Shown here: positions 25,822 to 37,768 of the stretch, piece after piece
How positions within the stretch are numbered: position 1 is the first letter of the stretch
Layout: each line of letters opens with the position of its first letter
NCBI GenBank assembly: GCA_001179505.1
Contig: CDMY01000425.1
Coordinates: forward strand, 1 to 64,000
Reading direction: 5' to 3'
DNA length: 64,000 bases
Source: Vitrella brassicaformis CCMP3155
Lineage: Eukaryota; Protista; Chromerida
The notes under the pieces: model-generated
The model's input: only the letters and a program-made list of their open reading frames with translations
What the model was told of the DNA's origin: nothing
Databases searched by the model: none
Translations under genes and position numbers: made by a program

Positions 25822-27697
25822 CTATCTGTCCTTGTCAGCCTTCCATGCTCTCCTCTGCACACATGTCTCCTGGCTCCTCACCCTGTCTCTCGGATAGGTG
25901 TAGTGCAGCAACGAATAAAGCACAAAACACACGGCCCAGGGCACGGTCGTGGTGCAGAACAGAGCCTTCCCCAGCGCAGCGGCATTGCGCTCACGCAACC
26001 GCTCGTCCATGTCGGCTATTTTCTGCGTGGTCTTCTCGTAACCAAAGACGTTTTCGGATAGAATTCCGACCAGTGGGGCCCCCAGCAAGGCTGCGGCCGT
26101 GATGTCACATGCAGAGCACTGAACGCACACACGTACATACATACAACGGACCCGCGCTGCCTTCTTTTCGTCTGCCTGGCCGATTGATACGCACCCATGA
26201 GAAGACAGTAGCCCTGTAATCGCTCTGCACGACTTCTGCGAGCAGCGGCCTGATGACGGCCACCCCCGCCCAGCCGGCGGAGATGCCGATCATCAGCCCC
26301 AGCAGCACGAACCATGGGAGAGAGGTTGGCTGGCGTGGGATGAATAGCAAGAGGATGCACGACGCAGGCACCTTGATAGCAATGCCTATCTGGCCTGAAA
26401 TGCGCAGATCGACACACGAAACGGCCGCCACCACACTCGTGTGTCTCAGGATGCTTTTTTGGCTACCAAGGTATATTCTGCCATGGTCGGCCGAGAGTTT
26501 GTAGAGCATGTCGCCGAGGTATCCCCCCAGAGGTCCTGCCGCAGCGGCGGTCATGAGGACGGCGCCCAGGACGGCCGCGGCCACGAAGTCCTCCAGACGG
26601 CAATACTGGAGGAACATCACGATGAACGAAATCGCTGACCATGGGATATGCGAAAACATGCCCTGAATGGGTGCGCACGGCCGCACATCTCATCTACACA
26701 CACGTGTGTTGACACTTATCTACCTCCCCAACATACATACCTGAATAACGATTACACAAATTGTCGGCAAGCGAAAGTAGGACAAGGCCTCGGCGAGCCT
26801 GTACTGCGTCGGCCGTCTGGGCAGCTGCTGGCTCCCATCGCCTTCGTCACCTGGCGCACTGCCCTCATCGTGTGCAGCAGGAATGGATGGCGGCCGTGAG
26901 GGCAGCTTCCGGTGAGGGAGAGTCCTCCGCGGCACGTCGCCAGCACCATGGAGATCATCAGCCCCACCAGCAGACTCAGAATGCCCACCGATGCAAACGC
27001 CACACGCCAACCCTGTGGGCACAGACGAGACAGGCATATAGACAAGCAGACAAAGACGGGTTATCATCTCCTCGCGCCTGTGTCTCTGACTGAGTCTTGT
27101 TACATGCGTTCCCATGATGTTGAGGTTTGATATGGAAGTGGTGTATACGCCCCCCACCAGCCGCCCGATGCACTGCGACAAGTGGATGAGCCCAAAGGCC
27201 AGTCCGTAAGAGTCCCTCTGGAATATGTCGCTCAGCAGCGACTGTGTGATGGGCGAGACAGAGGCGAGCGCCACGCCATTGAGCGCCCGCATCAACAGAA
27301 TGGCCCACAGGTGGGCAATGGTCGCCAGCGCCAAAGTTGTGACACCCCAGCACATGCACCCTGTTGCCAGCACGATCGGCCGTGAGTGTGTGTCGGCCAG
27401 CGTGCCCGAGAGGGGCGAGAACAAGGCGAAGCACAGCGTCTGGACAAGCGCGATGGTGCCGAGAGTGGCCGGCCCGAATTGCAGGTCGGTCTCCAGTGCT
27501 TTGAAGGACGCGGGCAGGAGTTGGTCGTCGCATGAGTCGAGTCCGGCCGTGATGTAAAGGAAGAAGAGTGAGCGGAAGGCCACGTGGCGGCGAGGAGACG
27601 TCGGCTGTGTGGACGGCGGACCTCTCTGGACGACCCTCAGGCTGGACTCCAGCAGCAGTGGGGCAGCTTCCACCTCCTCTGCTTCGGCTGCTATCAT
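25822..27697 (-). CDS. MFS transporter, spinster-like (paralogue 2) with apparent 1-bp frameshift at ~26940
   Basis: CDDQLLPASFKALETDL, RALNGVALAS, QSLLSDIF, GWRVAF and GMFSHIPWS. The conserved frame switches within exon 2 (VL|DVPRR). Confidence 0.85.
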
Positions 27698-27940
27698 CTC
27701 AATGGCATCACCTGGCTTGCACTACACCGCTGCAGCCCTGAGAGCACACATGTGGACACGTCACTTCCTGCCAAGTTCCTGCAACGCCATGGCTGCAACG
27801 CTTCCCTTCTGCAGTGGGGCTCACCTCGCACTGGCCTTTCTTCACGGCTGCGAGGGTGCAGAGATTCATACGGCATCTGGCGGGCTTCCTCCGGCCTTCT
27901 GTCACCATCATAGCGGCCCGATTTGGGGATCCTCCTACAG

Positions 27941-27949
27941 TGCGAGCTT
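27941..27949 (+). promoter_or_regulatory. Candidate promoter motif TGCGAGCTT upstream of MFS paralogue 2
   Basis: Exact 9-mer about 245 bp upstream of the ATG. Confidence 0.55.
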
Positions 27950-28156
27950 AGCGAGCGTTGAGGGGGGCCGGCAGTGTTATTGGATGGCTGTTTGTTCCCA
28001 ATGAACGCAAACCACGCCGCATGCACCCCCTCCCGTCTGTTTGTTTGTCTGTCTGTCTGTCTGCCTGCCTGTCTGCCAGTTGCTCTCTGGACACTGCACC
28101 AGCACCTCCGTCAGAAGGCCGCTAGTAGATACAGACACGCAATGCCATCTGGCTGG

Positions 28157-30675
28157 CTACGCAAAAGGAGCGGCAGGCCTCACCCACTCTCTGGACGCCA
28201 CGGACACAGGCAAGCCACACACACACACACACCAGCACGCATTTATGCAAATGCACATACGGACCGGACCTCCCTTTGCTTTCGTCTCCTCTGCTTACCC
28301 GTCCTGATCGTGTCTTGGTCGAGTGACGATGCCTCCCCTGACCCAGTAGGGCCTAGGTGAGGGCAGCCGTGGCGAACCGGCCCCGTGCACCACACGCTCG
28401 CCCTCCATATCGCCCTCATCCAACACACGCACTGGAGGCGCCGAACGGGCGCGGGAATCCTTCAGAGGCATTCACACACATGTACAAGAATGACCTGCAG
28501 GTCGGTCGGTGTGGCATACCGTGTGTGGCACGGTCGGGCACGGGTGTGGGATGGGTGGCGAGGCGGGGCGCTCCTCCAGCAACCTGCATACACAGAGGGG
28601 AAGAGAGAGACCAGCCAATATGGCCGATTGATGCCTGTTTGGTTCGCCCGCTCCCTCGCTCCCTCCCTCGGTCGCTCACTGGTCAAGGTGTTGTATGTGT
28701 TTGGTCCTCCAGTTCTGCTGGTCGGATTTCCACCGCTGCTCGACGGCAAACAGACGGTCGCGACACGCACCTGATGCGCAGCCACCATGAGAAGGGCAGG
28801 TCTCCTTTGTGCGTGTAAACGCCCTGCTGGTGTGTGGCATGCCTACGCAGATCAGTGGACAGCTGCTCGTTGAACTGCTGCAGGTCGCGAAGCTGCCTGC
28901 AACCACACAAAGAGAAGGAAGAACAGACACACTGAAGGTGTGGAGGAGTAGACGAATTGCCTCCCGCTGCGGGTGAGTATACCTGTGTATGTCTTCTTTC
29001 TCAGCGATCCTGTCCTCAACCTCAATCGACATCTGATGCGCCTCACGGCTGAACGGACAGACAGACGCACCCATCCCATCCCATGACATGACATGACATG
29101 CCACGCCTCTGCTCTGCCCCTGATCCACCCACCGCGATTTTTCGATCTCGGCCTGGAGTGCGAACACCTGTCGCTGAGACTCCTCATATTGACCCTGCCA
29201 CTCCTGTCACACACATACACGCATAGATCACACATGCGCGCCGGAGGTGCCGCGTCTGTCTTTATTGGTCCATGCAGCGGACCTGGACGATCTCGTCGTG
29301 TCGGTTGACCTTGTCCGCCATGACTGCGTGGTCGCTCTGCAGACGATCCATCTTGGCACGAACCTGCACGTGGACGAGCAATGAATGCAGCAAGACGCAA
29401 TTCATGAACAGTCGGTCGTTGGCATGAGGGAGGGGCATGCGGACCTGTGTTTTGAGTTCTCCCCTCTTCTCCCGCTCGCGGCGGAGCTGCTCCTCCAGCG
29501 AGTGATGCAACTCACCTGATGCACTCAATCATGGTCGGTCAGCCAGGAACACAAGCAGAGACCTATACACACGGGCTGGGTGGGGTCCTTTCCTCATTTT
29601 TCTCGTGTGCTGTGTACCCATTCCCCTCAGCGATCGCCTGAATGAGTCGTTGCGCTCCTCGGCAGCAGCGCGGCTCTCGTCCAACGCTTTGACCTGACAC
29701 GAGATGTCATATGAAAGGCGCGTGTGTGCAGTAAGTGACGGTTGTGGCATTTTTCCTGGTCACCTGTTTTTCCTGGTAGTCTCGTTCGCTCTCCAGCTGG
29801 TTGATCCGATCGTGCAGACGGTTGATGGTACGACACTGATGCACACACGCAGGCAGGAAAGCAATTGACGGCGACACATGAGCTGCATCAGAGGTGTGCA
29901 TCCGTGTGTGCGTGTGGTTGATCCTGACCAGGTCCTTGCGATCCTTCTCCGACCTCTGCAGCTTCTGCACCTCGTCATCGGTCTTGTCGCCCATCTGATG
30001 CACACACGCAGACATGCAACGCACACGACACGCGACACACACAGGGATGGGCTGACCTCTTTGATGGTCTCCTCGAGCTCCTTCTTGGCTTTGCGCTCTG
30101 CAGACAGCTGCTTCATCAACGTCTGCACACACACACACACACACGCAATCACGGCAATACAGGCAGGCACATGTGCGTGTGTGAGTGACCTGGTTCCACG
30201 CCTGCTGGTCCTTGAGCTGCTTGGCGGTGGACCTCAGCTCGCTGCCCTTCTGACGCAGCTGACGGTCCATGCTCTCCATCTTCAACTGCATTATCAACAA
30301 CACAAGACAGCACACAGAAGCACACAAATAAAGGCATGCATGGGTGAGTACTGCAATCCATCCATGCACGTGTCCAGAGCGTATTGTGCGTACCTCGAGC
30401 TGGTTGACTCGCTCATACCACCACCTCAGCTCGTTGGAATTCATCAGCACAGGCCCCTCAGGCATGCCCTCGCCTCTCCCGCCATCAGCCATGCCGTCAT
30501 CGTCCTCGAGGCGCTCAATTTGTGGTGACATCCTGGAGCTGGCAGTGCGAGGCCGCGTCAGCGTCGCGCCTGTCCGGGGCGGCGGTCGGGGAGGGCTGAT
30601 GGGCTGCGACGGCGGCTGCGCGGGCCGCGCAGCGAAGCGAGGCGGCCTGGCACCCGGCCGATAGTCCAGAATCAT
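28157..30675 (-). CDS. Coiled-coil protein of unknown function (many small exons; possibly centrosomal/cytoskeletal)
   Basis: Pro-rich N-terminus, then exons with heptad, E/K/R/Q-rich composition (LKMESMDRQLRQK, KQLSAERKAKKELEE, INRLHDRINQLESE). Ends ...EWVRPAAPFA*. Confidence 0.6.
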
Positions 30676-30782
30676 GGGTCACTGGATGACCTCGAAACAA
30701 TGCTGCATGCACGGAACAATCAATGCGTGGCTGAGGATAGTCCAGCGGGGAGTCCGCTTGCTGTGCCAGCCTCAGCGACTGA

Positions 30783-30807
30783 TGCGAGCTTGGAAAAGGG
30801 AGCTCGC
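30783..30807. promoter_or_regulatory. Inverted pair GCGAGCT-N10-AGCTCGC in bidirectional promoter (coiled-coil / YIP1)
   Basis: tgcgagcttggaaaagggagctcgc. Confidence 0.6.
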
Positions 30808-30838
30808 GGAGATCTCACCCACGTGGCTCTGAGGCATC

Positions 30839-32312
30839 ATGGCTCAGCCTCTGCGTTCCCCCTTCTCACACCCCGGCGCATCAAGCGGCCCGCCTCCCGG
30901 GCCAAGCCAGCCCTCTACCGTCAGCACCCTAGGCAGCGAGGCCCCGGGAGGAAATCCATGGTACTCAGCGTCACAGTCTGCAGGCGGCAGCAGCGTATAT
31001 CCTGCAAGCGGCGGCATTGGTGGCGGCATGAGTGGGCCGTTGTCACACAGAGGGCTGGGGTCGACAGAGAGGGGAGCTGCGGGCGAGGATCTGTCGTTCT
31101 ACGGATCTGGATTTGCGCGGGTATGCAGACAAGAAAGATGGCAGGGAGGCAGGCCGAATCAGTGATCTGTGTGTGGTTGGGACGTTGGGATGTTGGTCAT
31201 CAGAGCGGGAGCATGGACCAAGGCATGGGCGGCGGCGGGATGGGCAGCATGGGTCCGATGGGCGCTGTGGGAGGTCCTGAGGAGGAGGACTTTGTCGACG
31301 AACCGCCGCTGCTAGAGGGTAAGGTCGATCACTCGCGATGATGGAACCACCAAAGCAGACATTGTGCGTCTGTCCACGGGCATTGCACATGCACTGTTGG
31401 TCAGAGTTGGGCATCAACCCTGAGCACATCTTCAAGCGAATCAAATCCGTCCTTCTCTTCCAAAAGTATGCAGACATACACCCAGCTTGCGTGTCATGTC
31501 CATGGCACATCTATGCGCTGCTTGTGTGTTCAGGTTGGATCACGACCTACTGGTCGATTGTGACATGTGTGGCCCTCTGGTGATTGCACTAGCACTGGGA
31601 TTCTGCCTGCTATTCGTAAGCCGTCAGAACATGCGGCAATGCACTCAACGCCTCCCTTCTCCCCTCGTGTGTGTCAGTCTGGTAAGATCCACTTTGGGTA
31701 CATCTACGGCTTGGGCATCACTGGCTGTCTGGGGACCTACCTGCTGCTGAACCTCATGAGCCAGGTACGTCAACAGGCACAGAGGCCGATCGAGACAGAG
31801 GGAATACATGGCCGCTGGCCATGTCTGTGTGTGTGGCAGAAAGAAGCGATCGATGTGTTCCGGACGGCCAGCATTTTGGGTGAGCGCTCACGTGGAATGA
31901 TGTCCACATGTTCTGTCTTTCTTCTGCCCGCATTCACGTGTGCAGGTTACGGTTTGCTGCCTGTTGTTGGATTGGCCGCCATCTCCATCATCTTCTCGCT
32001 AAGGTGACTCGCACACGCTCCACTGCGCCCTTTCGTCGGCTGACGAGTGTGTGGTGTGGTGCGGTGTGGTGTGTGTCAGGGGCACGTTGGGTACAATCTT
32101 GTCTCCCCTCTGCATCATATGGTGCACGGCGACAGCATCCAGATTCTTCGAAACGGTCAGTCGACACACGACACCCCATAAGGAGCAGCCGGCGCTAATA
32201 CCTGTTATTGCTTGTGTGCATGCAGGCGCTACTGATGCACCACCAGCGGTACCTGGTGGCCTACCCCATCTGCCTCCTCTACACCTGCTTCGTCCTCATC
32301 ACCGTTTTCTGA
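30839..32312 (+). CDS. YIP1: YIP1-family Golgi/ER protein (YIPF5/7-like)
   Basis: EDFVDEPPLLEELGINPEHI, DMCGPL, GKIHFGYIYG, ASILGYGLLP and QRYLVAYPICLLY. Confidence 0.93.
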
Positions 32313-32829
32313 AGAGCAGTTACTCGACACGGACAACGACACAGACAGACGATGTGTGCAGCTGGTTGGTGCGACCGGTGTTTTCGTGGCGTGGTGTGGA
32401 TATTCGTGAGTGGCTGACTCACTAGCTGACAGACTCACTGACTGACTGATCATGACTGGCTGGGCCCGTGGCTGGGTGTGCATACGTTCCTGCGCTTCTT
32501 GTGCTTCATGCTAATTCATCAGCTGCCATGTGCGTGATGCGACCCAGACAGCACAGAGTCAAGTTCATTGCACGACCAGTATCAGTGCGCCAACGGCCAA
32601 GCCTACCGCCCAACGACCTCGTTCACACACTGTAGGAGCGGATCGACACGCTTACGAAGTGAATTTACAGATCGATCGGAATCGCGCTGCCATTTTTCTG
32701 TTTTTTCCTCGGTCAGTTCGCTCGTCTGCTTCGGTTCCTTGTCTCGCTCGGCTTAGACTGATATTTCTGCTGAGTGATTGACTGAAGGCGTCCGTCCGTC
32801 CCTCACTCATTGCTTTGCTTGTTGGTGAG

Positions 32830-35800
32830 ATGACGGATCCGAGCGGTGCGGTGGTGCGTCCTTCCTTCTGTTCACTGGGCAATTCGGTCGACGCCCACAC
32901 CAACCTGTTCAACCTCAAGGTGGACGAGTCGGTCAAGATCCAGGTGTACGCCGTCAACATCACGCCGCCCATCACCAATGTCAGCGAGGTGCGCAAGGTC
33001 ATCTACAACGCCCAGGAACCGGTACTGTGACACACACGCACACACAGAGAGGGATGATGGGATGAATGGAGGGGTGTGATGGATGGTGTGATGTGGTGTG
33101 GTGTGTGCAGATTCTGAACGCGTTGGTTGCTGATGGTGCGAAGGTCGGGGCCATTCTGCATCAGGGCATGAATGTTTTCGTGACCTTGCCGCACAGCCTG
33201 ACGCCCAACCAGACCGTGTCGGTCGACTCAACCATCCAGGGCAACTCGCAGACGGTAAATAAGTGACACACACTCACACAGACAGATCGACGGGAGGGGA
33301 GGTTGGGGATGGATGGATCGGCCCATCCGGCCATGTCATTGGTGTGTGGTGTGGTGTGGTGTGCAGTTTTCGGTTCAGTTGGCGTTCAAGCACGACCTGG
33401 TGCTGCGCGGTGACGACTTGTCGCAGGAGGCCATCCAGTACATGAACGTAGCCCTCAAGAAGGCTCTGGTGAGTCGGTGACCCACACCAACCACATCACA
33501 TACACACACATGAATATCTCTCCTGTTTTTGTGTGTGTGTGTGTGTGTATGTATGTGTTTCAGGGCCAGCTGCACATGGACTTCATCGGGCGTCACGGGT
33601 TCCTCACCAACATGTGCAGCGAGCGTGCGCCCGAGCAGCTCAGCAGAGTCAAGTACGGGCCCAACAATAGCAAAGAGATGCTCCTGCTCCCAGGTGACAC
33701 ACACACACACACACAGATGGATGGATGGATGGATGTGTTGTCTTGGTTTGCTTGGTTGGTTGTCAGGTTACTTCACGTCCATCCAGCAGATTGGCAAGTC
33801 CCTCTACCTCCAGGCCGACCTCACGCACCGCATAGTCCACAACGAGACGCTGCTCGCCGTCATCCAAAACGAGCAGGTTTAATCAACACACCACACCACA
33901 CTCATCCTTCCATCCCATCATCCCTCTGTGTGTGTGTGTGTGGGTAATGCAGCGAGGTTTCAGTCGAACGGGAACGTTGACCTTCGAAGAACACATCAAC
34001 GATAAGTACAAGGGCCGTCGCGTCATGACTCATACGTACGCACGCACAAAGTGCACACACACACACACACACACACGTCTGTCCGTGTGTTTGTATGTGT
34101 GTGTGCAGGAGTCGGGGCCTGCCAACAACCGCAGCAGATCGCTCTACTGCATCGACAGAGTAGAGCACACCACACCCAGCGAGACAGCACACACACGGCA
34201 ATTCACTTGTCTCTCTCTCTCTCTGTGTGTGTGTGTCTATGTGTGTGCCAGATTGAGTTTGACGAGACGCCTGAGACCAAGTTCGTCGATTCGAGCGGCA
34301 ACGAGACCTCCATAGCCGAGTACCTCCTGACTCGTTATGGGGTCGAGTGCCAGCCCCGCCAGCCACTCGGTCAGTCTGTCAGTCTGTCAGTCTGTCAGTG
34401 TGACCCACACACACGTCTGTCTGTCTGTCTGTCTGTCTGTGTGTGTGTGCAGTTGTATCTGAGCGTCGCAAGAAGGTCACCAACAGCGAGGGGAAGCGTG
34501 AGGAGGTCGTCATCCGCACCATCAAACTCCCCGTGCAGTGCGTCACGCTGACCGGACTCGACGAGTGAGTGTGTGACCCCCTCCCACAGACCCACACACA
34601 CGCACACACACACACACACACACATCGCGGGCTGTCTGGCATCGCATCCCTCTCTGTGTCTCTGTGTATGGTCAGTACGATTCGCAACGACCACTTGATC
34701 AACGATCTAGTTGGCAAATCGTGCAGAATGACTCCTGGTGGGCGAGAGAGACCACACGCACACACACGCAGAGAGAGAGAGGCCACATCTATCCATCTCA
34801 TGGATGAATATGTGTGTGTGTGTGTGTGTGTGTAGACGATCGTCTGAAGCGTGCTCATCGGTTCGTCGAGGTGCTGCGTGACAATCCCAACGCCAAGGCC
34901 GTGCTGGACCGCTTCAAGCTCGAGATATGCGACGCCAAGGAGAAAGTCACGGGCAGAAAGCTCAACGACGGAGACAACGTCAACTCGTTCCGCGTACACC
35001 CACACCGCACCCACACACTCACACACACAGCGCCACAGACACGTGTGTGTGTGTGTGTGGTCAGTACTACGACCGCCCCAACACGCTCGAGACGCTGAAG
35101 GCGCCGAGGAAGGGCAAGAACGAGGACACACTCAAGAACAGTCAGCGACACAGCCACACACATGGATGGATGGATGGATTGGTGGGTCTGTGTGTGTGTG
35201 TCAACCATTTACAAGGTGGCAATGCTTTGCGCGGCGACTCGTTCAACTTCATTCCCAAGGGCTGCCTCAAGCCTATCAAGCTCGAGAAGTGGGTTGTGCT
35301 GGCCGACAAGAGCGACGCCCAACAAGCGCAGAAAATGGCGCGTGACATCTACAATGCTGCATGTGGTGTGTGTCCACACACACGCCCACCAAGCCCACTC
35401 ATCTCATGTGTGTGTGTGTGTGTGGATGTGTGTGTGTTTAGCACTCGGCATGGGCGACTGGGAGGCGCCCAAGTGGCTGATCAACCAGTCGCTGAGCGCC
35501 ATGTTGGCCGACCACCAGACCCTCGTCAAGGAAATCAGCGGAGCGCAGTGCGTGGTCTGCCTCCTCCCCAACTCCAAAGGGAAGACAACAAGCGTCACAC
35601 AACTCTACAACGTATGTAACCAAACCACAGCACACACACACCACAGACACACACACAGAGAGAGAGAGAGAGAGAAACGACGCGACTGTGTGCGTGTGTG
35701 CGTGTGTGTGTTTAGGGGTTGAAGCAGCTGCTGACGTGCGAGGGCAGCCAGTGTGCGTGTGTGGCGCAGTGCGTGCAGAGCAAGACGCTGGCCAGCAACA

Positions 35801-37084
35801 AGTGGCAAACAGCCTGTCAAAAGGTCGTCCAGCAGGTCAGGTCAACCAACACACACATCCATCCATCCATGTGTGTGTGTGTGTGTGTCTGTGTGTAGAT
35901 CGTGTGCAAGGTGGGCGGCGCTGCGTGGGGGCTCAACGTCAAGGGGCGCAAGCCCTTGATGGCCATCGGCGTCGACTCGCGCAAGAGCAAAGGTCAGTCA
36001 GTGAGTCGAGGCCACACAAACAAAGGACAGAGACAGACAGACACGTGTGTGTGTGTGTGTGCAGATTCGACGATCGTGTCGCTGTGTGCAACGGTCGACG
36101 ACCTTTTCATCGAGCACTTCACAAGTAAACCACACACAGCCGCACACACCCCTCTCCCTCTCCCTCTCTGTCTGTCTGTGTGTGTGTGTGAAAACAGTGT
36201 CGCAGGTGTACTCGTCTGAGATGGACCTGGCCGGAGCATTCACCAACTTCATCTCTCGTATCCACACACATCACAAGCCCACACATCACATCCACAGTGC
36301 ATCTCTCTCTCTGTGCATATAATCAAATCAGGTGCGTGTGAGACGTTCGAGCAGCGCAACAACATCGGCGTCAAGCGCATCGTCATATATCGGACGGGCC
36401 TGGGCGAGGGGCAGAAGGTCGCTGCAACCGAGTACGAGATTCCCGCCATCAAGACCGGCCTCGAGCAGGCCTGCGGCGACAAGCAACCAGAGCTCGCCGT
36501 CATACTCACCACACAACAGACCAACACCGGGCACACACACACACACACACGGGCACACGGAGAGAGCGAGGGAGAGGGAGAGAGACACCAACGTGACTCT
36601 CTCTGTGTGTGTGTGTAGGTTCGCCACGGCAAAAGGCAACCAGCTGTCCAACCCCCCGCCCCTCTCCGTCTTCGACAAAGGTAAATCAGCGAGTGGGGGC
36701 TGAGGTGACTGCTGTGTGTGAGTGGAGTGTGTGGGTGGATTGCAATCAGGTGTTGCCGACGACGCTCTGTACGTCTGGTACGGCTGCCATCAGCAGGTCA
36801 CGAGCGGCACCATCACACCCACCAAGTGAATGACCACCACACACACACAGACACACAGACAGAGAGGCGGAGAGACACGCTCTGTGTGTGTGTGTGTGTG
36901 TTTGCTCTGCCTGTGTGTGTGGAACCAAACAAACAAACAGGTATGAGGTGCTGCACATGGATCGCTGGGGCCTCGACGTCGACCAAACAATCAACCTGAC
37001 CATGCAGCTCAGCACCATGTACCAAAACTGGAGCGGTCAGCAACCAACCAATCAATCAGTGCCACACACAGACACACACACACC

Positions 37085-37119
<35 letters not shown>

Positions 37120-37258
37120 TGTGAATGTCTATCGGTCAGGTCCGATTCGTGTGCCAGCGGTGGTCAAGATGGCCGAGGTGTGTGCTCGCAAGGTGGCTGA
37201 GAATCTGCAGCTCAAGACGCCCACAGACGCCCTCGCCACCTTCCCCTGGTACCTCTGA
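32830..37258 (+). CDS. PIWI: PIWI-clade Argonaute (N-PAZ-MID-PIWI), about 23 exons, predicted slicer-inactive
   Basis: PAZ: YCIDRIEFDETPETKF...LPVQCVTLTGL. MID: LYNGLK...AQCV...CKVGG. PIWI: MAIGVD, RIVIYRTG, GTITPTKY, YQNWSGPIRVPA and C-terminal WYL*. Confidence 0.92.
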
Positions 37259-37553
37259 GCCTGAGCCAGCTGCCCTCACACAGACAGACCGACCGACTGA
37301 CACAGACAGACAGTCTGAGACTGTAGAGTAGATCGAGGAGTAGACGACACACTGACTGACTGGATTCATGGACAAATTCATGTTGACTGAATGAATGGCC
37401 GGATGGCGATGTGAGGCAAATCGGATCTCAATCCATCCATTCATCACTCAGACGAGTCCGCACATATCCATCCATTCATCGCACGAACTCGCAGAGGAAA
37501 CACACGCCGATATCCAGTCCACAAACACGCCACACAATCTCTCTCTCTCTCTC

Positions 37554-37598
<45 letters not shown>

Positions 37599-37768
37599 AG
37601 GCCGACGAGCCAATTGGCGCTCTGCGCCGCCCAGCGCAACAAACAGCGCGAGCCACCACAGCCAGAACCACCAACCACCAGGTACCTAGACCACACCGAC
37701 GACCTACGAAAAAGGGTCTCTCTCCCCGCCAGCACCAAACGACAAATACACGCCTCCCTTCAATTCCA

